A stretch of 64,000 nucleotides of DNA from positions 54,520,937 to 54,584,936 of the forward strand of contig NC_068984.1 of the NCBI RefSeq assembly GCF_001194135.2, read 5' to 3'. The translations under genes were made by a program, and so were the position numbers. Positions 22,531 to 33,699 of the stretch are shown one piece after another (the stretch's first letter is position 1; each line of letters starts with the position of its first letter). The notes below the pieces were generated by a model. It searched no databases. It was not told the origin of the DNA and saw nothing but the letters and a program-made list of their open reading frames with translations. The DNA is from Octopus bimaculoides (lineage: Eukaryota).

Positions 22531-24162
22531 GATATTGGATAATATATATTAGATCGTCGTTTATCTATTTTTAAAACTTTCAAAATTTCATCTGAATTTA
22601 TTTCTCAGAAAACTACGATTCTAGTAAATTGTTCTCTTGAACCGTTGCCTCTCAAACGTCTAATGGTTTTTATATCATTATTATCGATTGGTCATTTCTA
22701 AGAAACAATAATATCAGTACCTCATTGATCTTCCACTATTTCCCACTATTTCTATATATTATATTTTCCGATTTTTAAAAAAATTGGTCTCACTATAAAA
22801 ACAGTTGTTGATGACTGAAGACGATGGGATTTCTTTGTCAAGAATTCTTTTTCTCCAGTTTTGCTTTCAATTTGCTATTTGCATATTATTTGGTTATTGG
22901 TTATATTGAACTGCAGTTAATTGCTAGCCTTCTTCTCTTTATTTACTTCAGTACTCATTAATTGACCATAAGAAGGCTTCTTTTTAATTTCTCTGCGTTA
23001 CAAAATTAGCATTTTTGCTATCTTTTAAATAGACCTTTTCCTTTACTCTATTTATTGTTTTAATAAAACAGAGAGAGAAGATAAGTGAAATTTTCGTATG
23101 CTCTTCTTCACAAAAGAAAGAGAGAGAGAGAGAGAGAGGTGGAATAAAGAAAGACAAACTTTGTTAGTTGTTCATTTGCCACCAGTATGCTATACCAACT
23201 ATGCATTAATCAAAGTATTACCAATACATTGACGTTTCAAATACTTTTTTGTCAAACACTTGACAAATTCTTCCTTCACAATGTTCGAAGGGAAACGCTT
23301 AATAACTTCCATATTATACTGAAAGCTCACATTTATTTCTGAGAACAGTGAAGTGTATTTAGTGGCATCCACTCTGTTGCAAGCATTTGCAACAGAGGTC
23401 CCGAGTTTGAGGAATATTTCTTACTTTCCTCTCACTAGCCTTTTAAGAACTGGAAGAGGTCATAGAAGCTGCTCTTGCCTTCTCTTGGCAAAGTCGTTAA
23501 AAATAATTGACACATCGGTGTAACATGTACATAATTAGTCGATCTTTCGTGATAAGAAGAAACTAACAGTGGGAATTTATGCTTCTTGCTTTGTTCATGT
23601 TATTCAAAAACATTTCAAGTTACATAGCCACAACCAAATTAAGAAGAGTTTTGCAATGTACTATATTTTCTCATTTGGCCCTTTCCCGATCTTATTCAAG
23701 AATAGATAGAATCATCGAATGAACTCTGAGTTCAAGAGGCTCTGTGGAACCTGTCTACCTCCACAATGTTTTACCGGTTTTTGTAACTGGTATTGCTTAA
23801 TTCCGGGTCAGTCCTCCCTTATTGAGCAGATCATAGATCAATGGCATACCAGCTGGGACCATTCTATATTTTTTAGAAAAATACACAGCTGCATTATCTT
23901 TGTCATTTATTTGTTTAAGACTAGTTTGTGACTTCCCTGGTACAGTGGTACATTGCCATTGCTTTCCTCTAATTTTTATATCCTGTCATAATTCAAGATA
24001 AGATAAAGAAATGTAGTGAATACATAAAAAAAATTATATGGTAGTAGTATAGACAGAAACAGGAAAAAGTGCAATAGTAGCTGTAGACGAGACAGAAATT
24101 GGCAAAAACATTTAACTGCCCCCACCCAAATATTCTTAGCATATCGAAAGTATATTATTGAC

Positions 24163-24575
24163 TTACTCTCTTTTACTCTTTTACTTGTTTCAGTCATTTG
24201 ACTGCGGCCATGCTGGAGCACCGCCTTTAGTCGAGAAAATCGACCCCAGGACTTATTCTTTGTAAGCCCAGTACTTATTCTATCGGTGTCTTTTTGCCGA
24301 AGCGCTAAGTTACGGGGACGTAAACACACCAGCATTGGTTGTCAAGCGATGGTGGGGGGACAAACACAGACACACAAACACACACACACACATATATATA
24401 TACATATATACGACGGGCTTCTTTCAGTTTCCGTCTACGAAATCCACTCACAAGGCTTTGGTCGGCCCGAGGCTATAGTAGAAGACACTTGCTCAAGGTG
24501 CCACGCAGTGGGACTGAACCCGGAACCATGTGGCTGGTAAGCAGGCTACTTACCACACAGCCAATCCTGCGCCTA
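24163..24575 (-). mobile_element. SINE family B, full length
   Basis: Head aggcgcagga-tggctgtgtggtaag...ggttccgggttcagtccc; internal (TA)/(GT) tract; CORE-like accgatagaataagtact...ggggtcgat; tail gaaacaagtaaaagag. Confidence 0.9.
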
Positions 24576-25451
24576 TTTAAGTAGAATTCATGTAGAAAAC
24601 CAAATCATCACCTTAGGATATTCTTAGATAATCAGTAAGATCCCCAAATAATTTTAGTTGTGACTTATTCTGAAGTCATTTTCAATTAAGCTGGTCTATG
24701 CACAAGGACATGCCAGCAATGACTGGTCAATATTTTTAGGAGCTTTTATTTTACCTCTACATTAGTCAGTGTGTCTTTTCCATAGTCAAGACAGTAGTTC
24801 GTAGCTTGAAGGAAATTTGTATCCCATTTCTGACAGTTCACTCCACGACCACGTTGGCTCGAATGATTTCCATGATTTCCAGTTATGATGAAATTATGTA
24901 ATATCAGTTTTCTATTATTTCTTTTAAAATGAAATAAATATTTTGATGCAGCAAAGTTAATGATTTTGTAATAAATACAACTTGAAGACGGTGGATGGAA
25001 GAATGTAGAGAAATTAGAACTGTTAAAATTGCAACAAAAATTCTCTTCAAATCACACTTTATCGTCTTAAGTAAAGTAAAATATACTGGACAATGTAGTC
25101 CATGTTTTATAAAAAAAATGTGATGATCATGGCTGGAATGTCTCTGACAATAGATCTGTTGGATCATAGCCGATCTGGAATAAACAACAATAACGACGAC
25201 GATGACGACGACGACAGCAATCACAACAATACCAGCTGCTACAACAACAAAAACACCAACGATATAAGGATAGATGTGCTGGCGTCTAACCGAGTATGCC
25301 CTTTCTTGAAATATATTTGGTGTTGAGCCAAAGCTTTAAGTCAATGATATGAATGCAACTGGGTATGCTTTTAAGTAGCTTATTTACAGAATTTTTTTCA
25401 TGAAAATTATATTTCATATTTCTTGTACATTTCTTGTAAATTATATTTGTA

Positions 25452-25480
25452 CTAGATCGTTACCCGTCGTATAACGAGTA
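25452..25480 (-). mobile_element. Possible Helitron-type 3' terminus
   Basis: Minus strand ctcgttatacgacgggtaacgatCTAG|t: an imperfect hairpin a few bases before CTAG. Confidence 0.35.
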
Positions 25481-27099
25481 ATCATTGAAATGCATATTTG
25501 CTGCTGTGAGTAATATTAGGTAATTTTGCTTTAGTACAGTAATTGCAACTTTACAATTTTCGTATTTCATGGCACAATTACAAATGATTACTAATTTTCT
25601 TTCATTAAAATATGCTAAAGCAAATTCTACATTTATAAATTTGCAATGAATATGTTATGAATATTAATACTGTTTAACTATCAATTAATAGCACATGTAA
25701 CATATAAGTTAGAGGGATTAAGGAACCAAAAATGAATATTATTGAGTGTTATCTGTCATACGGTGTTTAGATGACAGTAGTATAGTTTTGCCACTATGAG
25801 TAATATTAAGTAATTTTCATATTTCCTCATTTGTTACTACATGATTATAGCTTATTCAAATTGTTTAGGATGCAGAAGTTTCACTCTTATAGTTTTTTGA
25901 TACAACCAGTTTATATGAAGTTGTCATGTTATAACTTTACAATATGTGATCTTTCGATTTTGAATTTGTTTTGAAAGAATTTTGATCCGAAACCGTGTGT
26001 TGAAATCAATACAGTTATATTTGGGAAGATTCATAATCAATAAAGTTTTTAAATACACCCATTGGTTGTTGTCTGTCTATATTTATATAAACAAAAGCAT
26101 CATTAGCTCACTTGCTTACTACTATGGAGATATAACAACTGTAATATATATNNNNNNNNNNNNNNNNNNNNNNNNNNNNNNNNNNNNNNNNNNNNNNNNN
26201 NNNNNNNNNNNNNNNNNNNNNNNNNNNNNNNNNNNNNNNNNNNNNTCCGATCTATATAACAACTAAAAACCCAAGCATTTAAAAGATAAAATGTACACTC
26301 GTTGAAAAGGATACGGATCGGTGTTGTTGAGAATATTTTGAGGGACATAAACAAACATCAACAGCTTTGAAAAAAGAAAAGGAATTAAAAAATAATCAAG
26401 CAACAATCAATAAACTTTACAACAAACCAATAAAAATCACTTTGATTATAACCATACAAAAGTTATTATTTTCTTGAACTTGTTATTTGCATATTACATT
26501 CATATTTTAGAAGTGTATTGTATACATATTTTCGCAAGCAATTTCAAAGAGAATATTTACATTATAAAGATTTTATGTACAGATTTAACTTCGGGAGAAC
26601 ATTTTCAAAAACTTAGTTAACTATGCAAAAAAATCAGTGCTTGCATCATAAAAGCAATATTTTACGTCAGAAGATCATTTATGACTACATTTTCTGCGAA
26701 TGCACGATCGTTTTATAAAAGATGGTCTTATTTCATTTGAAGTGAAATCTGTAATTTCAGGTGCTATTGATTTCTTTTTGTCCTACTTAGAGCTAACATA
26801 GCTGTCCGTGGTTAAACACAAGCTTTGGTAGATACGCTCTCTTATAAAGTTTTCAATATTTTTGGAATAATTTAATGCAAACAACCGTAATTTGTATCTG
26901 TTTTACATATCACTGTCATTAGCTTCTCTGAAATCTGTAAAATAAAGTTGTGCAAACAGTCACTGTTCACCACCATTTCGGTGCATGTTAGAAGCACAGT
27001 GATAAATTTAGCCATATGCTCTAAAAATGCTGGGTCACCAATCTGTGTAATTATCTACTCCAATTAAAATGATAGATTATACATTCAGAGAGACACGCT

Positions 27100-27440
27100 G
27101 GTAAAAAGTTCAATGAGCATCGAAATTAGAACGCATTTCTCATTTCTCTTCAAAAATGTTGCTGGTGATCACTTTATCAAACTGTACTTTCTTTCCAATT
27201 TTCCTTTGCGCGAGAAATCCTGTCTGTCAACTACTCTCCTGTTTTCCCTCTCCTATTCTATAATTTCGGAACATCTGAACGCTGATATTTGTAGAGTTTA
27301 TTCTCGTTTTCTCGTTCTGTTTGCAGTTGTTGCAGATGTTTGCCAAAATGTCATCAAACAAATCTGGCTTACACAAGTGTGCTATTTCCACCTCCCATAA
27401 AGACCGAATTGTAGCTTTGTTGTTTTGATGCACCCCTGCC
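27100..27440 (-). mobile_element. Tc1-like transposase N-terminal remnant
   Basis: NNKATIRSLW...; weak similarity only, heavily decayed. Confidence 0.35.
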
Positions 27441-27714
27441 ACCCGGGTCTATTTAAAAGGTTTCATCCCTTCGTGTCTTAGAAAATGTGCTCTAGCTATG
27501 GCAATGCAACCTTCGTTCTCTGCGTTGAAAAAGTGGTCAAAAAGCTGATCTCGGTTGCCAGTTACGAAGCCTTTCCTAAGCGCCTCTTCTAAATTATAAA
27601 CTTTTCACTATTTTATTTTTCTCTATTTCTTCGATCTCATCAAACCTTATCAATTTTAATCTAATAATCCTTTTCAAGACAAACTACCATCTATTGTCGG
27701 CGATTGCACCCGTC

Positions 27715-28262
27715 AACCATTGCTTGGCTAATTCGTTAACCCAGTCTCTGTAGGCTTGGTATGCCAGGAGCAATACGTTCAGCTTCCAGTAACCGGGCTC
27801 TTGTGTTTGCAGCCTATATAGGTCGACCGTGCAAATCACAAATTTGTGATCTGTGTAGTCGGCGAGTTTAAAATGTGGTTAACCTATGCTAAATCTATTA
27901 ACTAGCTTACAAAATATTCTTAGTAAATACGATACGGATGACCCGAGGCGGTTTGCTTATTTTCACATTAGCATTTCAGCAAATCTGGTCGGTATTTGTC
28001 AAATAGTTGGAAACGTCTGAGGTTTGTGAGGCATTCGCACTCCCCTTTTCTAACAGTAAGACTAATACAATTCAAACGTGCTTCCAAGATGTAGTTCCAA
28101 TAATCTACTAATACTAAGGAGTGGGGCATTCCCAGGAAGCCTCACAGGTGCCAGAAGAAATCCAGCCGCTCCTGTTGGAGCATAAACTGCGACTAGTCTG
28201 AAGACACTACATTTGCTACTGTTTATGTGCAGGATCAGCAACTTACCCTCTGGATAAAATAT
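27715..28262 (-). mobile_element. Tx1/L1-like LINE endonuclease domain, decayed
   Basis: PEGKLLILHIN..VFRLVAVYAP; HFKLADYTDHKFVICTVDL; PGYWKLNVLLL. Homologous to 33710-34150. Confidence 0.85.
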
Positions 28263-28479
28263 TGTTTCTTATTGGTGTGACGGTGGTGATGGTAATGCAC
28301 AATGTGCTACTGCTATTGTTGTTGCGAGCTTCTTCGCTGTTGTTGGTGTTATAGTTATTACTGTTGTTGTTATTACTTGCTATTGTTGGTGTTATAGTTA
28401 TTACCGTTGTTGTTGTTGTTGTTGTAACCGATGCTACTGCTACTGTTTTTAATTACTACAGCATCTTTTTAACTACTAC

Positions 28480-28690
28480 AATGTCAGGACTTGACTGCGA
28501 AAGACGTTTTTATCTTGCAAAAAGTTTTTTCGCAGCTTCTTCATTTGTTGACAGGTCGACAGCTAAAACTTTTTCCTTGTCTCGAAAGAAGTTCTTTGTA
28601 AAATTTTGCCTCGTAGAAGGAGTAGTAAAAAAACCAATGGTCAGTACCTTATCGTTCTGGTCAACCAAAAGCACTTCTTAAAAAGAAAAC
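28480..28690 (-). mobile_element. Probable ORF1 remnant of the adjacent LINE
   Basis: EVLLVDQNDKVLTIGFFTTPSTRQNFTKNFFRDKEKVLAVDLSTNEEAAKKLFAR, followed by low-complexity Asn/Thr codons upstream of the endonuclease. Architecture resembles 35300-35800. Confidence 0.4.
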
Positions 28691-29199
28691 AAGACATAAA
28701 CTTACAGAGCTTTCAAAACTCACTTAGCTTCAGCAACAATGAAACCACCAGCACTACTACTTGTTTCTAATGTTGACACAGTTTTGAAGGGAGGAGATAA
28801 GTCAATACTATCTAGCTACTTTATTTTATCGAATCCAGCAAAATGAAAGGCAAAGTTGACGTTTGCAAGATTTGAACTTAGAATGTAAAATGTTGTAACT
28901 AAATACAGCAAAGCTGTTTAACCGATCGATGGTCTATCGATTTTCGCAAGCCATCAAGTGTCTCTTACTACTACAAATGTACCAGTTGCATTCGCTTTCC
29001 TGCACCACAAATCTTATATTTTTACTTTATGCACCCATGATTAGGTTCACTGCTGAAATTACTCTATCATTTTCGAGGATCATTTATATGCATAAGAATT
29101 TCACTCACATATATACTTTGTTTACTTGAAAACTTATCATCTTTTTGAATTGCACCCCAAAAGTGATCTGAAACTGGATTCAGTGTAGTGAAATACATT

Positions 29200-29580
29200 T
29201 TACTATAACATTTGTATTGCACTCCCCAAGTAATGTAGTTTGAGTTTCAGGCCGCATTAACTCGGTCTGCTTTTTCAAATCGTTGTCCTTATTGAATATT
29301 ACGCAAGAAGTTGCACAGTGTCTTCCTTGGTTAATAAAGAATAGGCTACTTCACACTTCGGTCTGGAATGCTTGCAATCGTTCTAATGGGGCCTTGGGAA
29401 AGTTCCTGTATCTTCTGAGATGCAGTGATAATAATTTTTTCTGATGTTCAATAAGGGATTGCGGTGTAGATTCACATTCCTTTGATATACATCTCCACTA
29501 GGCTGACATTTTCTCTGTTAAATAGTTCATGCCAGGGGCTATTTGGTTATGGTATTTCATACGACAGAAGGAAGGCAGGA
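29200..29580 (-). mobile_element. Tc1-like element 3' remnant
   Basis: ccaaatagccctggcatgaac reads PNSP.MN (a PNSPDLN-like motif); the rest is decayed. Confidence 0.35.
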
Positions 29581-29645
29581 AGCACTTTTACAGTTCCTCT
29601 ATTCGAACTCTCCATTCATTTCTTTGATTAGTGAAAGGCTTAGGC

Positions 29646-29703
<58 letters not shown>

Positions 29704-30703
29704 GTGTGTGTTTGTGTGTGCCTTCTGCGCGCAATAAATGATGATTCTGTTATTTTATCATTTACATTGTTCAACATGATTATTTTCTATCAGAAATTCT
29801 TTTATTAAACTAAAAAACATTCTGTTGAAGGATTGAATACATTTCTTTTCTGTTTTACTGTTTTCTGTCCTTAAAATACGCTTATTTGCGTTCAAATCAT
29901 TTTTTGTGAGGCGTATCTAAACGCTGTAGCTATCTTGTTTGTTTACGAGTAATAGAAAAGAAAAAAAAAAGTTTTTCTTTGCAAATTAGTCTTTCCCCCA
30001 AAAGGGAAAAATTGATGCAAACTATTAAAATCGCTGCCTCTCTATTTAGAAGATTTGCATTAAGAACGTTTTTCTATGTAGTTTCACTTGCTAAAAATCC
30101 ACGACATGGGAAAACTAGACGAAACATGCCCGACTATCTCAAACATAAGAACTGAAACAACAACAACAACGACAATAATTATAAAAAATAAAAATAGGAA
30201 AACGAATGCATAAGAAGAGTCCAGGAAATATTAAAATCCCAACTTAGCTGTAGAAATGTTATTACAGCTATCAATTCATGCGCTGTCTCGATCATTCGAT
30301 ACAGAGAAAGTATAATCAAATGGCACACCAAAAACTATAGGATATTTACAGGAAAACTAGGAAGTTGTTGTCGATATATAATATTTCACAAAATGCTGTT
30401 ATTGACAGACTGTATATAAAATGCTGCGATGGTTTGACTGGCGTTGGAGATTGTGGTGTAACAGAGGAACGTTGTATGTTTCAGAAAGTAAAGAAAAACG
30501 CTATGAGCTGTGAAAAGAGAAGGAACAATAAACGACAGAGAAAAAAAAAAAAGAATATATGTGGTTCCCTCTAGCTATGGCTGTTAATACAAAGGAAACA
30601 ACGCACACCCCCACAACGTGAGCCGGGATTAGAAATTTGAATTTGAAATTAAGAAATATTAGGAAAATGTATAGAATTCACTTATTTATAAACTTTCGAG
30701 TGA

Positions 30704-31164
30704 ACGTGAAATAATTCTTTTTGGAGCAGTATATCTCGAAGAACATAAAGCTATGTGTAATAGCATGTAAATATTGGGCAAAAAACACTTTTGGTTAGAA
30801 AAAGTCGAAGGCTACCTGTGGGACTGGAACCCACGTCCCCTATAAACATGACAAATGTTCTACCATTGGACTATAGCAACCCTTCGAACTTGTCTATCCA
30901 TTTAAAAATTTGTCTATCCATTCTTACCAGCAAGAATTGTATGTTGTCTACATCATAAGGGTTTAGAAACTTTTGAGAGGACGTGAAACAATTTTTTTGG
31001 AATAGTGGATACCGAAGCACACAAAAATATAAATAATAACATGGCTACAGGAAATTTAGTAGCTTTCGACTTTGTCTACACAAAAGGGCTTTTCAACCCA
31101 ATATTTACATGTTATGATTTATAGCTTTATATGCTTCAGGATCCACTATTCCAAAAAATAATTA
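30704..31164. repeat. Composite direct/inverted repeat enclosing a tRNA-like sequence
   Basis: Arm 30711-30815 matches the reverse complement of 31059-31164. A partial direct copy of the same arm lies at 30981-31045. Confidence 0.75.
30810..30881 (-). pseudogene. tRNA-like pseudogene, anticodon TGT (Thr-like)
   Basis: 72 nt. D arm tagtccaatggtagaac; anticodon stem tttgt/atagg (wobble pairs) around loop catgttt; T arm gtggg-ttccagt-cccac; acceptor stem 6 of 7 paired. Invariant U33, A37 and TTCG positions are mutated. Confidence 0.65.
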
Positions 31165-31490
31165 CTTATCTTTTTTGTTTTTGTTTACCTATTACGAAGT
31201 TCATACACTTTCTAGTGGATAGTAATTATGTAAAGAAAAAAATATGAAAAGTCGGAAAGGCAAACTGAATGGCAAAAAATGCTTTGAATATTCTTCAAGA
31301 ACACTGCTTTTAGAGGTACACGGATTTGGGGTTGGTTAAGGAAACGGGGGGTGAGTTAAAGAATGTTACAAACGGCACAGTAATGGCAGCTCAAGAACAG
31401 ACCATAATGGATACCAACAGTTAGAAGACATAAAGATCAGGAGTATAGGTTATTATTATATCGATTACGACTACATATAGGCATGGATGA

Positions 31491-31810
31491 AGGCCCATGG
31501 CTCAGTAGTTAGAGCGTCGGGCTTACAATCATAAGGTTGTGAGTTCGATTCCTAGACCGGGCTGTGTGTTGTGTTCTTGAGCAAGACACTTTATTTCACG
31601 TTGCTTCAGTTCACTCAGCTGTAGAAATGAGTTGTGACATCACTGGTGCCAAGCTGTATCGGCTTTTCCCTTTCTCTTGGATAACGTTGGTAAGCATGAG
31701 TGACTGCTGGTCTTCCATAAAAAATCTTGCCCGGACTTGTGCCTTGGAGGGAAACTTTCTAGGTGAAATTCCATGGTCATTCATGAACGAAGGGCTCTTC
31801 ACCCTTTTAC
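31491..31810 (+). mobile_element. SINE family C, near full length
   Basis: tggctcagtagttagagcg A box, gagttcgattcc B box, and the gtgttcttgagcaagacactttatttcacgttgc Meta-like domain. Confidence 0.88.
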
Positions 31811-32295
31811 GAGATGAAAACGAAGAGACGATCAAAGTTTAACAGCCAAGCACAGTAGAGACAGTACAAAGGCTTGAGACACGATATAACTGCATTAGTT
31901 TAAGACTGGTAATTGTATTAAGCATGCAGTACAAGACATTTAGTAAAATATTATGATCATAAAAGTTGTCGAAAATGATCAGATAAAAAATTTATGGTAT
32001 ACGAAAATTCAGACAGAGTAAGGACTGCGACATTGCAGACTAGATATCGTACTAGAGAAAAATATTAAGACTTGTAAGATTTTTGTAGAATTTGTCAATA
32101 AAACATGAGCGTGAAACAAAAAAGGAAACAGGAAGGTGGTCAAATTCGAGGACTGTAGAGAGAAAAGTAATAGGATTACTATGGACAAAGTTTGAAAATA
32201 TCACCAAATAGCTTAAGCATGTATCTTCAGCACACCTTGAGTTTTAAGATATGCTGAATGTCTGAAGATAAGGGTAGCGGCTTGGTCTCCAGCGA

Positions 32296-32326
<31 letters not shown>

Positions 32327-32500
32327 CATACATACATACATACTACTACTTGCTGTAGTGGTAGTGATAGTGGTAGTAGTAATAATGATAACGTCAACAA
32401 CAGCAATAACAACAGCAACAATGATAATAGTAAAGATTCTTTATTGGCCACAACGGCCTCAAAATCCGCTTGAGACAATGCAAAGACAAAGGATGCAACT

Positions 32501-33696
32501 CTTCAACTCTGCATTTGGCAGAGTTACAGACCTATTAAATACATTCCCCTCGTTTGAGTCCTTACTAAGTTACACTACCACACTTCTTTTCGCAGAACTA
32601 GGAATTCTCATGTTCTGCTCTAGGTTTCAGTAGACATCTGCCAAGAACCGAAAAAAACCTGGTACATGAAGATAAAGCTCGTAGAGCAAACCGTCCAACC
32701 CCTAGCTGAGATTAACAAAATTACAAAACTTGCATACTGCAAAGCAACATGCTGTAGTATGGAAATTTATAAACACTTTAACTGGAAGAAAATTGAAGCC
32801 CTCCATCAGGCTTAAAGGTTGTTCCTCTGAGAAGCGCAAGGCCAACTGGTTTGACCACTTTCAGAAACTTCTTACAGAACCATCACAAATTAGCGATCTT
32901 CCACTTCCTCTACTCCAAATATTATTACACATCAACACGGACCTTTTCACATTGGATGAGCTCAAAGTAGCTCTCAGTAGTTTTGTTAACAATAAATCTC
33001 CAGGACTCGATAACATTCCAACATTACTGTGGAAAGATCAAATATTTCATGAAACCTTACTAGGTTTCTGCAACGACACATATGCACAATAATTGCTTCC
33101 ATCAGCTTGATTAAAGGATGAAATTGTCCCCGTCCCAAAATAAGGTCAATGAGAGCTCAACTAAAGAGGAATCTATCTGTCCTCATGCCTCTCAGCCTTG
33201 TCCACCAAACAACCTCTTTCGCTACAGCCACCAGGCGAAGGAAAACTGCCTTGCCTGCCCGATTGAAGGAGGGCGGCGGTGCGGTCATCACTACAGACTC
33301 GGCAGACAAACGGATTCGTCCCACACGTGACAGCATCTGTTCAACATAACACCACAACGACACATATGCACATCATTTGCCTCCATCGACTGTTTACCTC
33401 GATGATCTGCTGTAGCTCCTGAACAGAAATGCGGAACTCTGTGTGAAGCCGATAACAGCGGATGAAATCGGAGCAGTGATGCACAGCGCGAGGAAGAAGT
33501 CGCTGGGGTTGGATGGTTTGCTCTACGAGCTTTATCTTCATGTACCAGGTTTTTTTTCGGTTCTTGGCAGATGTCTACTGAAACTTAGAGCAGAACATGT
33601 TCTGCGAAAAGAAGTGTGGTAGTGTAACTTAGTAAGGACTCAAACGAGGGGAATGAATTTAATAGGTCTGTAACTCTGCCAAATGCAGAGTTGAAG
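32501..33696. repeat. Recent inverted duplication of a Tx1-like RT fragment
   Basis: 32501-32706 is the reverse complement of 33502-33696, apart from about 3 substitutions, two 1-bp indels and an 11-bp indel. Confidence 0.92.
32707..33140 (+). mobile_element. RTE-like LINE ORF fragment (RT N-terminal region)
   Basis: WFDHFQKLL; FTLDELKVAL...NNKSPGLDNIPTLLWK..F...LLGFCN; IVPVPK. Confidence 0.88.
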
Positions 33697-33697
33697 T
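33160..33697. mobile_element. Mosaic of Tx1-like pieces
   Basis: Minus 33160-33330 reads AKEVVWWTRL (C-terminus). Plus 33390-33697 reads LCVKPITADEIGAVM...SLGLDGLLYELY...LLNAELK-type RT. Confidence 0.8.
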
Positions 33698-33699
33698 CC

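Noticed and set aside
31059-31140. ctgaagca...gtcgaaagct as a hammerhead in the tRNA-containing repeat
   Set aside because: The core box is imperfect and helices I and II cannot be formed.
31491-31560. tRNA-like heads (also at about 2650, 24510, 44330) as functional tRNAs
   Set aside because: Each continues into SINE core and tail sequence and lacks a complete acceptor stem.
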